Origin: Octopus bimaculoides
Lineage: Eukaryota
DNA length: 64,000 nt
NCBI RefSeq assembly: GCF_001194135.2
Contig: NC_068983.1
Coordinates: 114,912,555 to 114,976,554, forward strand
Direction: 5' to 3'
Part shown: positions 25,750 through 39,618 of the stretch, piece by piece
How the letters are laid out: every line of letters starts with the position of its first letter
Numbering within the stretch: position 1 is the first letter of the stretch
Notes under the pieces: model-generated
Databases searched by the model: none
The model's input: only the letters and a program-made list of their open reading frames with translations
Told to the model about the DNA's origin: nothing
Program-made: the position numbers and the translations under genes

Positions 25750-25972
25750 TTAACCCTTTAGCATTTAAACTGGCCATATCTGGCCCAAATATTTTAACTG
25801 TTTTTTTTTTTATCAAACTGGCTAGATCTAGTCTCTCACACCTACCATACAATGTCATTAGTCACATCATCAAAATCTTGAAGTAACGAGAGAATTCATA
25901 CTAAATTCAAAACAATGTGAATGTATAAGCATTACATTTGACAGAGTAATAATCTGCAAGCTAAAGGGTTAA
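25750..25972. mobile_element. piggyBac-like MITE family E
   Basis: TTAA-CCCTTTAGC ... GCTAAAGGG-TTAA. Confidence 0.8.
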
Positions 25973-26413
25973 AAAATTCTAGAAAAAAATACATATTATA
26001 CACAAGTAAATATAATATTGAGTAGCAACATTTATGTTAAATAGCAAGGTTTGAGGATGTATTTCTGGGTGTACATATGTATGTTTAATATTAGTAGATT
26101 CAAAAGGGAGTGGTATGTATATGCTGGAGAATTAGAATTATAAAATGGGAAAATGGGAGGGTGTGGTTGTGTGTGTATGTCTGTGTATGTTTTCAATTAC
26201 TATACGATGTGGGTGTGGTTATGTATATGTATTTACTTATGAACATTCACTATGTATTTACTGATATGTGTTCACAATCTTAAAGTGTGTGCATGTGTTC
26301 TGTGTGTATGCAGTTTAGTATTTATTACTATACAAGAGATAGTTGCTGATGGCATTTTGCAATATATGCTATTCAACAAATCTGTCTGAAAACGTATGTG
26401 TAAGTAACAGAAC

Positions 26414-26486
<73 letters not shown>

Positions 26487-26879
26487 GTGTGTTTCTTCAT
26501 GTTTACTTATCTATAGTTATCTATCTGTTAGCAGTGAAGCAAAATTAATATGGCTCAGAGAGGAATTACTCAAAGACTCACACAAACACACATATACATA
26601 CATGACTTATCTGTAGATGGCATCTCAGGTGTTATCAGTATTTTTTTTTTTAAAGAAAAGAAAGATAGAAAGAAACAAAATGCAAGTAATACATCTTTTC
26701 CGGCTCATCTGTTGAACTTCCAAGAGAGAGTAAAAGAGAGATAGAAAAAAAGATAAAAACAATGGGTTCCACAAAACAACAGTTGAGGAGTTCACCTTGG
26801 TAAGGAGTATAAAATTCCTTAACAGGAAATCATTTTCACTAAACCATTTTCTCACTATTTATGAATATTATTGCTACAT

Positions 26880-27240
26880 GTATATGTGGTTGTGTGGTAC
26901 GAAGCTTGGTTCCCAACCACATGGTTCCAGGTTCAGTCCCACTGTGTGGCATCTTGAGCAAGTGTCTTCTACTATAGCCTTGGACCAACCAAAGCCTTAT
27001 GAGGGGATTTGGTAGATGGAAACTGACAGAAGCCCATCATATATATATATATGTATAGCAATAAGAAAATGGAGGGGAATAGGTGGTATTCATCAATTTG
27101 CAGACATTGTATTGTGTCAATTTACTTGTTTATTTTCAATGAAAAAAACACTAGTGTAATAATAATTGGGTATCCTTCCAGCAGTATATTGGATAGATAT
27201 TATCCCTTAGTGGGTTGGATTCACAACCCCTAACTTTCTT

Positions 27241-27280
<40 letters not shown>

Positions 27281-27495
27281 ACATATATGTATGTTGTCAA
27301 GCAGTGGTAGTGTTTGTCCCCTACCACTGCTTGACAACCGGTGTTGGTGTGTTTACATCCCTGTAACTTAGCAGTTTAGCAAAAGAGACTGCTAGAATAA
27401 GTACTGGAGCTGATTCATTTGGATAAAAATTCTTCAAGGCAGTGCCCCAGCATGGCCACAGTCTAATGACTGAAACAGGTAAAATATAAAAGAAG
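26880..27495 (+). mobile_element. CORE-type SINE family C split by a ~190-bp insert in its central microsatellite
   Basis: Head 26880-27050, unrelated sequence 27052-27242, (TA)n, tail 27290-27495. Confidence 0.7.
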
Positions 27496-27613
27496 GATAA
27501 AAAACGTTTCATCAACCACATAAAAATAAAAAAACAAAAAAAAAGAAATCATTTTACATTTATCCCAGCTGACATATAAAGTAAAAAGCAAAGTTATCTT
27601 CTCAAGCCATACT

Positions 27614-27843
27614 TATTTCTTTATTGCACTCAAGGGGCTAAACATAGAGGAGACAAACAAGGATAGACAAAGGGATTAAGTCGATTACATCGACCCCAGT
27701 GCATAACTGGTACTTTATTTATCGACCCCGAAAGGATGAAAGGCAAGGTCGACCTCGGCGGAATTTGAACTCAGAACGTAACAGTAGACAAAATACCGCT
27801 AGGCATTTCACCGGGCATGCTAACGTTTCCGCCAGCCTGCCGC
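27614..27843 (-). mobile_element. Nin/Deu-domain SINE, D1 type (Tx1-like tail)
   Basis: Well preserved. 13-bp TSD CTCAAG(C/T)CATACT (27601-27613 / 27844-27856). Confidence 0.88.
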
Positions 27844-28097
27844 CTCAAGTCATACTGACCCACAAGGACCTGTTTCCCGGTTTCATGATTTATATATTCC
27901 ACAGCTGGATGGGACACCAGTCCGTCACAGAATTTACTCATCTTTGCATACTGAGTGAACTGGAACAACATGAAATGAAATGTTTTGCTCAAGAACACAG
28001 CACATCACCAGATCCAAGAATCAAAACCACAATCTTATGATCATGAGTCCAACACCCTAACCACTAGGCTGACATGGATCAGATGAGTTTCACATAC

Positions 28098-28119
28098 CTC
28101 ACCAACCACTGAGGTGCTT
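28098..28119 (-). CDS. Candidate 22-nt micro-exon
   Basis: Strong acceptor ttttttcctctttttgtttgtaccaattgtag and donor GAG|gtatgt. Open in two frames (EAPQWLVR or RSTSVVGE). Confidence 0.35.
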
Positions 28120-28792
28120 CTACAATTGGTACAAACAAAAAGAGGAAAAAATAATTAGCTAATTCCATTGTATATGTTACTTTTGAACTGGTTTTCTTAG
28201 TTGGAAAATGTCCTTCTGTTCTTCCTATCACTAACCACATTACAGCATGGATTGAGTGCATTTTGTTATGGATCTGGCACACCCAGAGAGGTTCTTGCTA
28301 ATAAAACTAAGAATCTTCTATATTATCTAAACTAACAGAAAAAGCAGCAAAAATATATTATGCATCAGAATAATTAGGATATTAGGAAAAAAAAAATAAC
28401 GTTTTCTAAAGAAATATCAAAGACAAGGAATGAATAGATATGAAGGTAAGTTATGAACCAGGCATAGCATGAAGCAATAAAGAAGTATATGCAGTAACTT
28501 GATATGCTAGAAAAAGCAGCCATATCCCTGTCAACTCACACTTGCTGTCTCCTTTTTCATTTTCTCAAAGAAAAATAAAAAGAAAAAAATCCTTTGGATA
28601 ATAAGAAATAGTCAAGATGATTGTGATTAAAACACCTTTGGTCATAGATCTGCTTGATCAGGGATGATGTGGGGCTCCTGACAAATGCCTTGTATTATTT
28701 AGGTACATCTACTCCTTGTGTCTTAACTGGTTTCGATTGTTGGCCATACTACGATACTACCTTCTAAGATAGAACCATAGTATGGCCACAGT

Positions 28793-28849
<57 letters not shown>

Positions 28850-30914
28850 AGGAAGGACATCCATCTATAGATGTCATGTGAAAGCAACAAACATTGGAGC
28901 TCAACACAGTCCTCTGATTTGTCGGATCATGCCAAACAGTCCAACCCATGCCAGTATAGAAGACATACATTAAATGATGATGATGACAATGACAATGACG
29001 ATGATGACAATGATGATATATGTTCTACTACCACCCATCACCTACCTTTAAGTTTGTCCACTTCTGCTATTACCAATAAGTTGTCTCTTGACTCTAACCC
29101 CAAATATCTTTGCCTTTTTCTATCATACTTTTGGTCTTTATATCCATCCATTTTAGTTCTCTTGGTGTCATTGCACTCTCTCTGATTCTTCTCTTCAGTC
29201 ACCTGAGCAAATGTACAGGGCTAAGCTTATCGACTCTCCACACTTACACTCTTTCTTCTTACCCATCCATTCCTGGCCTCTCTGCAGTCATCACTCTCTC
29301 TTTGATTCTTGTTCTCAGTCTACTCCTCTTAGGTTGCGGACTATTCTCTACATTTACTGTGTACAAAGCACCCATTTCCTTCTGTGCTGGAACCATGAAA
29401 GAAAGCATGCCCCACCCCATCATATTCCTTTTAAAGTGATTGGTGAGCAAAACAATCTCCCTAGCACTGGTGCCATAGAAATGCATCCAAGCACACACTG
29501 CAAAGTGATTGGCAAATGACTTTGCCTTTCATCCATTTCGGATCTATTCAATTAGATGTACAGATTATTGAATTAATTTTTTTTTAACTAAACACTTTCA
29601 AACTTCCAATACTGGTAGAATGTGTCACATAGGACAGGGTTTACTCTTAACGTTTTTGACAAAATTTTGTATTTTAAAAGTTATTTCATCAGAAGTTACA
29701 GAGTGATAATGGACAAATTCATGTTTGATAAGTATCACAATTCATTTCTACAGCTGGGTGAACTGGTGCAATGTGAAATAAAATGTCTTGCTCAAGAACA
29801 CAACACACAGCCTGGTCTGGAAATTGAACTCCCAACCACATGATTGTAAGCCTGGTATTCTAACTACTGTGAAAACATCTTTCAGAGGGGAAAATATTAC
29901 CTTGCCAGAAAACTGGTGATGGTTGGCAACAGGAAAAGCATCTGGTCATAGGAAATCTACCTCATGAAACCATGGAAAATGGACATTGAAACCAGTATAT
30001 ATTTCTGAACAATAACCTTGTTGGATGTTTGAGCTCAGAAAAGAGATTCACCAATGTGCCAATCAATAATTTGCTTAATTTTCAAATTGTGAACAGTGTG
30101 GTGTAAGTGCACTTGTCTTTTGCAAACTTATATTCCAATCAATGTAAGTTTTGGAAGTTTATACTGTGCATTATTTAACCATGTGCAGAAAGCTCTTATC
30201 TCTTGTTTGTTTCAAAGAAAAAAAAAAAAAAACCATCCCTGAAATTATGCTATTGTAACNNNNNNNNNNAAAAAAAAAAAAAAAAACCATCCCTGAAATT
30301 ATGCTATTGTAACAACAACAAAATAACCCCAATTTGATATCTAATTTTGGCATACTGTGACAAATATAGGTCAGTAAGGAATGTAGCTGAATTAATTAAT
30401 CTCAGCACTTGACGAATACTTTTATTATTGACTCCAGAGAAGTGAATAGCAAAGATAAGCTTTGCAGAATTTGAACTCGGACCATCATTATCATCATTGT
30501 CATTTTATGCCGGATTTTTATAATGTCATGGATTGGTCAGATTATAACAGTCTGAGTCATTTCTTACTGGGAGCCACTACTCCTAGACATTAGTGCTGTG
30601 CTCTTATGTCTCTACAGCTGGATGCCCTTCCTAGTGTATTGGGTGCATTTTTTCTTGTGGCACCAGCACCAGAAAAGTTGAAAAATCCATGATGAGACAG
30701 GATTGAAAGACCTCCAATTCTATACTTTGTTCATCTTGGAGTGGTTGGCATTAGAAAGGACATCCAGCTGTAGAAACATTGCCAGGTCAGATTGGAGTCT
30801 GGTGCAGCCATTGGCTCTCTGGACCTCAGTCAAACCATCCAACTCTTGCCAGCACGGAAAACGGACATTAAGTGATGATGGTGATGATGATGATGATGAT
30901 GATGATACATATAT

Positions 30915-31085
30915 ATAGTTGAAATTTACAGAAAACCAAAAGCCAAAGACAGGTGTATGAGCAAAAAGCAGGTGTATTAGTTTGATGCTCAGGAAAGTGA
31001 GAAAGTGGTTTATGTTTCAAGCCTATACTCTTCGACAGAAAGGAATAAGAGAAAATAAACAGAGAGAGAATAAAAAAAACTTGTC
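30915..31085 (-). mobile_element. Short repeat with degenerate minimal hammerhead-like motif (possibly PLE-derived)
   Basis: Minus strand CTTT-CTGTCGA-A-GAG-TATAGG-CTT-GAAAC-ATA; several core positions are non-canonical. Confidence 0.35.
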
Positions 31086-31122
31086 CATTTAGTGGTCAAG
31101 CATGGCGACTGAAAGAAGCCTG

Positions 31123-31184
<62 letters not shown>

Positions 31185-32135
31185 AGATAGATATGACAGG
31201 CTTTTTCAGTTTCCATTTACCAAATCCACTCATAAGGTTTTGGTCAACCTGGGTCTTAGAGTAGAAGACACATGCCCAAGAGGACAGGACTGAAGGTGGA
31301 GACCAATTTCCAAGCCAAAGGATTGAGAAGCACAACATATTTCCACCTGACACTTATGAGCATGGAAAAGCAGACTTTAAAACATGATGATGATGATGAT
31401 GACGACGACGACGATGGTGATGATCCATATGTCCTGAAACTAAGCAGTTTAACAAACAGAAATCAATAAAATAAGTATCAGACTGGAATAAGTACTGGGC
31501 CAGTATAAGCAGTAAACTCTTTAAAGCTGTACAACCATAAGCATTGCTACAGTCATTGGATTGCAGCCAGTAAAAAATATATGATAGATAATGCATATTC
31601 ATGTAAATATATAAACCCACATATATAGTATAATGAAATATATTGTATAAGTGTCTCCATGAATCTTAACCTAGTTGTGTAATACATGTAAGTGTTTATA
31701 TATACATATATAACATCCCAAAATACTGAGAAATATAAACTTACAAATACTACTAATTTTACTTTTATCATGAAGCAAATATATACCTAAGTGCATGACT
31801 ATCTTCTGTGTATGTTTAATTGTATGTGAATATGAATATAAAGCACAACATACATACACACACGCACATATTCGCATACTAACTCACACACAAGACTTTA
31901 AGAAAGTATAGTATATGCTCAACTACAAGAAACACTTGAGAATATTAACCCAAAACACATTTCATTATTATATGTATATACACACCTTGACTAACACATT
32001 TTGCTGCTGTGTAGAGTAAGCTCAGATGATTGTAGAGCTAAAAAAAAAAAAAGGTAGTATAGTGTTATGAACTCCCCTCTAAGTGCTAAGGTAGAAAATT
32101 TGGCTACTCACCAAAGAAGTACAACTCTGTTTGTT

Positions 32136-32192
<57 letters not shown>

Positions 32193-33093
32193 ATGCACAC
32201 CAGCTGATCTACCCAGGTGTTTCTTTCAGTGCACTTGAATCAGATAGAAACCCCAGAGGTGTAACATGAGGTAACCGATTTCAACTCTACAGTCAATATT
32301 GGCATATAATAAAAATTAACACACCTAAATAGATAAATAATTAAATGAATAAATAAATAAATAAATAAATTAATTATGATAATAATTCCTATCATAGACA
32401 CAAAACCACAAGTTCTGAGGGTGGGATGTATTTGATTTAATCTGCCCCTAGTATATGAATGGTGCAGCAACAGCAACAACAATTCTTTCAAATCTTGATA
32501 CAAGGCTAGCAGTTTTAATGGGAGGGAAGAGTCAATTGAATTTGCCTCAGTACTTGACTGGTACTTTATTTTATTGACCCCCAAAAGCCAACCTGGGTTA
32601 AATATGAACTCAGATTGTAAAGAGCTAGAATAAATGCCACTAAGCATTTTGCCAGACATTTTAACAATTTTGTCAGCTTGCCATTTTAATAACAACAACA
32701 ATAATTGCTGTTGTTTCAAGGCCAGCAATTTTAGGTGGTGGGGTATTTTATTAACCCCCAAAAGGATGAAATGCAAAGTTGACAGGTGAAATTTGAACTC
32801 AGAACATAAAGAACCAGAAAGAGATGACAAAGTGTGTTTCCCAACACGAACAACTCTGCCAAAAGATAAAAATAGCAATAACAGTAGCTTCTCAAAGAGA
32901 TACAAGGTATTAGATTCATAGAGGCCCTACTGGCAACAGAGAGCTTCTGCTTCTGAGTGGAAGTCAGAAATTATTATATTGTATGATGATTGTGTATGAA
33001 GTGTGATATTACATGGCAGCAAAATATGGGCATTGAATGTGGAGGATGTGAGAGGGTTGGAAAGAAGTGAAACGAGCATGTTCAACTAGATGT

Positions 33094-33321
33094 TTAACCC
33101 TTTCATTACTGTATTTATTTTGAGATGCTCTATGTTTCTTTCAATTACTTTAAATATAACAAAGAATTTAGTAAAATAACTTAGTTATCATTCAGCTAAT
33201 GTTAGGAACATAAATTGTGACTGAGGTTTGGTGGAAGATTTTAATTCAAAACTTATGAAAACATGACATTTGTACTCAGAGCCAGAGCCGGTTTCGGCCG
33301 GGCTGGTAACGAAAGGGTCAA
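33094..33321. mobile_element. piggyBac-like MITE (second family)
   Basis: TTAA-CCCTTTCATTAC ... GTAACGAAAGGG-TCAA. Confidence 0.75.
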
Positions 33322-34420
33322 TGTTAGTGTGCATGAATAACTAAGCACAGATGAGCTGAGAGAAAAATCAGATATGAGGGAACACTGGCTCAGGAAAGAA
33401 ATTTTCCTTAGGGAGTACAAACTCAGGTTCAAAATTTTTATAAACAAGGTCTTATTGTTTGTTTATCAATTTTTGTTCTTTGTTCTTTAAGAAGAAACCT
33501 AATGTCAAGCTACTTTTTACAGATCACTTTTGATGCACTGTTTTCTAAACCTGAGAAAAACCAGTAGGGGTGCAAATTTTGATTTTGCCTCTCCAAAATA
33601 TTTTAGGAAGTGCACTTGCACCCCTTGCACCCCCTGTTCCCAGGCCCATGTGAGAGGAATCAGATGGAGTATGTAAGGGAAAATACCACAATGATGCAAA
33701 CATGTGATGCGTATGGAGGAAAATGGTTGGGCAAAGAAGTGCTAACTGATTCTAGGTAAAAGAATCTATGGAGAGAAAGACAAAGAAGATAGTGAAAATG
33801 GTGGACTGATCGTAGGAGGTTAAACTTCACAGAGAAGATAACCATAGATCACAATAAGTGGCAAGGAACTGTGCTGGAGAAGCTTTATCCAAAATATGCA
33901 AGCATGGAGAAAAATGGAAATAGAAATGATGATGATGATGACATATGAGATTTTGAGGTATTCATTTACTTCTCCAGAATGTTGCAATCTAAGTAAACCG
34001 AATTAGCTAGAAATTCAGACTGAAAATTCCAACAAAAAGTCCCTTTCTCTCCCTCTTTCTCGTGCCCATTAACTGTAATATGTAAGACACAACTGTATAG
34101 ACAATACTAATTTTATTTTCTATGAAGCCTTCAGAATATGGTTAGCTGACAAGAACTGTATTAGAAATTTTAATAAACAACTGATAGAAGAAAGAAAAGA
34201 GAGAGAAAAAATTGTTTCTAACATTTCTTCAAGAATTTGGTGAATTCTTAACAATTTGTTCTGTCTCAAGCAGGAATCAGACCAACCTAATTTAGTAAAA
34301 GTAAGATGGTTGGTGGATAATGTCTTGGACAACCATAGTTCAAATGATTTTACCTTTCAACCTTCCAATGTCAATCAAATAAGTATCAATTAAGTATGCA
34401 CAAATCAACACTAATCATAC

Positions 34421-34612
34421 AGACTTCTGATCAAAGATGTTCCAGCAATCACTAGCCCATTGTTTTCCAGTGAATGTATATTTTAAGATGACCCACTTAA
34501 TGACTTCTTCCTCTTTTACAACACTCAAATGTATTTTGAAGGAGATATTGACAGCTACTTCTACCAGGTCAAGTGTCCAAGTAGAAGCTCCTTCATTTGT
34601 GTCAGTTATTCT
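34421..34612 (-). CDS. Candidate exon, strand ambiguous (192 nt, phase 0-0)
   Basis: tactgac..cacctcag acceptor, TCT|gtatga donor, open frame RITDTNEGASTWTLDLVEVAVNISFKIHLSVV...DQKS. The in-register plus frame 34489-34616 is also open between AG and GT. Confidence 0.35.
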
Positions 34613-34964
34613 CTGAGGTGCGAGTAATTTCATAGGTCAGTAGCTGTAGGCTAGAAGAGGCCTGGTGGCAAGCTCAATACCAGATGGCTGGACATGATTG
34701 GGGAAGATCTCCAGAGGTCTGACATCACATTGGAGAATGCAGAGAGGCTGGCAAGGAACTGCCAGTAATGGAGAGCACTGGTGGACCTGGTTGGCTCTAC
34801 ACGTGATGATGTCTCTGGGACCACTAACTTGGGATGACCTCAGCCCCAGCAAGCATGCAAGCATGGAAAAGTGGACAATAAGATGGCAATGTTGATGAGG
34901 ATTTTGAAGTTAAAAATTAACAATAAGAATAAAATGAAATAACAGTTTATAAATGAAAATATAA

Positions 34965-35360
34965 ACTCTTTTACTTGTTTCAGTCATGCTTTAGCACCAC
35001 CTTAGAGGGTTTTAGTTGAACAATTAAACCCCAGGGGATTTTTTTAAAGCCTAGTACTTATTCTACTGGTTTCTTTTGCTGAACCACTAATTTATGGGGA
35101 CATAACACACCAATACCAGTTATCAAGCAGTGATGGGTGTGCAGAACAAACACAGACACAGACACACACACACACATATATATATATATGTGTGTGTGTG
35201 TGTATATATACGACAGGCTTCTTTCAGTTTCTGTCTACCAAATCCACTCACAAGATTCGGTCAGCCTGGGGCTATAGTAGACACTCACCCAAGGTACCAC
35301 GCAGTGGGGCTGAACCTGGAAGCATGTGGTTGGGAAGCAAGCATCTTACCACACAGCCAC
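34965..35360 (-). mobile_element. CORE-type SINE family C
   Basis: Reverse-complement colinear with 7959-8374. Confidence 0.8.
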
Positions 35361-35675
35361 ACCTAAAATATTCATTTACCAAGAAAGTAATAAAAAGACT
35401 TGATTTAGTTGGTAAACAACAAGCAAGCATTTGACAGTTGATGGGAAGAGTTCAGCAATCAGTGAAGGTAGGGCATAGCATCTCCCCTAACTCAGCAAAT
35501 TAAAAGTTTAGCTGTTGACAACAGGGCAAACAGAAGAGAAAGAACATATTCAGTGATTTTTTTTTTTCACCTGCTATTAAATAGAAATCCAACATGTAAT
35601 ATTGACAAATAGCACTTGGGTCTCGGAATGTAAATAAAAACTGTAGTTGAATTACTTTATAGCAAATATGCACCT

Positions 35676-35706
<31 letters not shown>

Positions 35707-35809
35707 CAGCATCAGCAGCAGCAGCAGCAGCAGTTTTTCATCTACTACTATCTTAAAATCTGACATCACCTTACATGTTACAAAATGTTATACATTTTAT
35801 TTGGTTCAG

Positions 35810-35857
35810 GTCCTGGTAATCCTCCAGTACACTTTTCAAACACAAACAATTCCATAG
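35810..35857 (+). CDS. Candidate 48-nt exon (GPGNPPVHFSNTNNSI)
   Basis: ttttatttggttcag acceptor, TAG|gtaggg donor, one open frame. Confidence 0.2.
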   Translation, partial: VLVILQYTFQTQTIP

Positions 35858-36585
35858 GTAGGGCTTGAAATCAGAAGCTTGGCATCTGAAGCAGAGGTTT
35901 CAATGTTCTTATGACACCAATCCCTGAGGACATGCTTTAAGTTCTAAATTTCATGACAGCATTACCAGAATGTTGATATTGTACAGATCTGAGTACCAGT
36001 AGCATAATGCTGTACAATATGAATGAAATAAAATAACTTATTTAAAAACCAAAATATATACTCTTTTACTCTTTTACATGTTTCAGTCATTTGACTGTGG
36101 CCATGCTGGAACAGCACCAGCAACATACCGCAGAACCAGTAACATAATGTAAATACCAACAAGCTGATGGAAGTGCTTCGGTATGGTTTTTTGATCCACT
36201 AGGAATAACAGCCAAATCTCCCTAAAATCACACCCAAGTTTTGAATAAAGAAAGAACGCACTGAATAATGCAGCATTATACACTCTTTAAATGACAGAGG
36301 ATTTTGAGCATATTCTTGCCCAATCAGGGTATAAATGACAACAGACTATATAACACTAAGGGATTTTTAAGGGTTAGTGTTTTGGCTCTGGTTTAATGAT
36401 TTGAAGTAGATGAGAGAGAGAGAAATCTTTCAATAGATAAAACAAATTATTAATCTATTCTAAACAGCTAGATGGACTGATGATGCATTGTAAAATAAAG
36501 AGTTATGTCTGGAAACTGCAAGAAATTGTTTGAGTTTACTGCCTACAAGTAGCAATTCATTATCTCACCAACTTTGTCATCTTAC

Positions 36586-36634
36586 CTCTTGAGCACAACT
36601 TTTAGTTGTTTCTTAAACATTCTAACAAATATCT
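36586..36634 (-). CDS. Candidate 49-nt exon (IFVRMFKKQLKVVLKR), phase 1-2
   Basis: ttttcttgttggttcaag acceptor, GAG|gtaaga donor. Confidence 0.3.
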
Positions 36635-37358
36635 CTTGAACCAACAAGAAAACTACTATCCAGTTGGCCAACCTACAAGAAATGACAGCTGCTACATTCT
36701 GAGTTCAAATTCCGCTGAGGTCAACAAATTAAGTATGGTATTTTACCCATTGCTATGTTCTGAGTTCAAATTCTGCCAAGGTCAACTTTGCCTTTCATCC
36801 TCTCAGGAGCGATGAATTAAGTACCAGTGAAACACTGGGGTCAATGTAATCAACTAATCCCCTCCCTCAAAATTTCAGGCCTTGTACCTTTAGTAGAAAG
36901 GATTATTATTATTACTATTATTTTAGTTCTTATTGTAGTGCTTTAGAAGGTGATATTTCCACCAAGGGGGTATAATATCTGTTGGTGTTTCAAGTATAAG
37001 TTTCACCATCCATTTGAGAAGAGAAGTAGTGGTGGTGGCAGTGGCGGAGGGATGGGACAGGAGACAGGCTTGGAATAAGGAGCCTCGTTCTTCTACCACC
37101 AACACCAACACTATCACCACCACCCACACTGGATAAGGCATGTGAGTGAGTGGTAAAAGAGATGAAGTATTTTATCATCCAAGTACAACCATGACTTCAG
37201 GGTTAAAACAATGCAGGTTACCTTAAAAGCACACGCACACACACACACACACACACAATGTGGCAGCATGTTTCCCAAGATCTAATTACTTTGAGGATTT
37301 TCAGCTCTTTAGGCGACTTTGTTAAGCAGGATTATCTTTAACAGTGTCCTTTGTTGCT

Positions 37359-37422
<64 letters not shown>

Positions 37423-37587
37423 CAGCAGCAGCAGCAGCAGCGGTGTTGATAATGGTGACAAGTTTTCAGGTGAAAATGATCATTTTTTTTCATTAATCTT
37501 CTTTCTAATAGACAAGAATATAAAAGCAAGGATGAAGGAAATTCTGAGAACACACACATATACACATTTATATGTATGCATACACAC

Positions 37588-37642
<55 letters not shown>

Positions 37643-37713
37643 CACACATGTATATATAAATATATATTTATATATACACACACATATATTTATATACATA
37701 TATATAGATACAT

Positions 37714-37752
<39 letters not shown>

Positions 37753-38139
37753 TACGCACATACATACACACGCACACATATATACACATATATAACAAGA
37801 CGGAGTATGATAGAGTGGGGGAAGGGGAGAAGGAGAGCAGGATTCTGTATCATTTGTTACTGGTTTCTTTTAAGGGGCTAAATCAGAGAAAAGGTTTGTC
37901 CCTTTACTTTCTCATTGAAAATTCTTCAAAGATTCCTTTTTAATTTTAATTTTCCAGTAATAACAGTGTAATTAAGAAGTTTACTCCCTAAACAACATGG
38001 TTTCAGTTTCAGTCCCGCTACATGGTAACTCAGGCAAGTGTTATCTACTTATAGCCCTAGGCAAATCACAGAAATTGAAAGAAGCTCATCATCATATATG
38101 TACGAGTATGTATGCCTGCATGCATACATACATACATAC

Positions 38140-38204
<65 letters not shown>

Positions 38205-38385
38205 TATGACCTATAAAGTTTTTTACTTCCCATGCTACCACTTGATTTGATCGTTATTTAAATCACAATCTTTTCCTTATTTATATAGAAATTTGTGTGT
38301 GTGTGTATATACACATACATGTGTGTGTGTGTAAGAGAGAGAGAGTAATTGTTATAAACACAAGTTTACATCAAATGTTACTACA

Positions 38386-39245
38386 TACAAGGTGTTCAGA
38401 CTAAATATGATAGTTTGTATAAAAGGTAATGAAAACACAATATCCCACCCCAAAATAAAAGTATCTTTTAAAAGATTTTTAAAATATCAACTAGATTATG
38501 GCTAGGAGATAACAGCTTATTCAAAGTAGCTGCCCTCAGCTTTCACCATGGCCTCAAGAGGACTCCAGAACCTGGTGCATGTGTTCCTTTCGAACACCTC
38601 CTTGATCTTTGCCACCAGCTCAGCATGGGTGTTGCAAGTAAAGTGGTTGGTGTCTTTCTCAAGCACTCTCCACACAGTATTCCATGGAATCACAATCAAG
38701 GGAATTAGGAGGCCAGAAACTGGGGCTAGTGAAGTCATAGAAATTCTCCAACAACCACTTCTGCTTCTTACAGGATGTATATAGCAAAGAGCTAAATCCT
38801 GAAACTATACACATGGCCTTCCAACAGCAACCCTATCCTGCCAGTATTGAGGACAGTCTGCAGCAACTTCACACAGCTGTTTCAATTAAGTTTAAGGCTC
38901 TGTTCAAGGGCATGCGAATACCTGCTATGTCCTTTCCTGCAGGTCACAGTTTTGTAGTTTCAGTTACTGCTGTTTGTGTTTTACATCTTACAGCCTTTAC
39001 AATATTCACAGAGCACTGAGCAGCAATCATGACATTGGCATTTTGATACCCAGTATGAGTCATTATGATACAGGTAACTCTTTTCTAATATTCAGATGGT
39101 TTCTAGTCCTCCAAGTCAGCTAACTTTTTTTAACTACAACTTTAATCTTTATGCTCACCAACACTGTCGACTGTTCACCAATACATTAAACTGTTTCTGA
39201 AAAAGGAAACATAAAAATAGTCAAATTTATCCCAAACACCCTGTA
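38386..39245 (-). mobile_element. Second DD37D (maT-like) deletion derivative
   Basis: TA-CAAGGTGTTCAGACTAAATATGA ... TCAAATTTATCCCAAACACCCTG-TA. Peptide VWRVLEKDTNHFTCNTHAELVAKIKEVF..LEAMVKAEGSYFE. Homologous to 99-996. Confidence 0.85.
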
Positions 39246-39618
39246 TGTTTCATCATAGCTTTATGGATTTCTGCATCGGATGTTCCTAGTGCAACTGGAT
39301 GCTTAAACACAATGGACATTACTCCTCTGTAACATAATGCAATTAAATATTCCCTGGTGATCTGTTGTTGCTAAGCATCAAATTGCATTTGGAACATTCA
39401 ATAGAGAATTCCAAACAGCCACAATGGTAACATACATAGGAACAAATAATATTCATCTGTGTTTATCGTAATTTTGTCAACATTTGGTGTGTATAACATA
39501 ACGAGTAATATTACTAAGAATATTACAAACAATAAAGTAATATTTCAAATACAGTATAGCTATGAAAACAGCAGAAAGATTGGGTATTTATCCTTATAAG
39601 ATGAAAAAAGTTGTCAGT

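Noticed and set aside
30228-30312. Direct repeat flanking a 10-N gap (also 45115-45240)
   Set aside because: Identical sequence on both sides of a minimal gap indicates unmerged contig overlap, not a biological duplication.
37338-37943. ORFs rich in YI/HT/CV or homopolymer tracts (also 1037, 35500, 57856, 60788, 62993)
   Set aside because: Translations of microsatellites.
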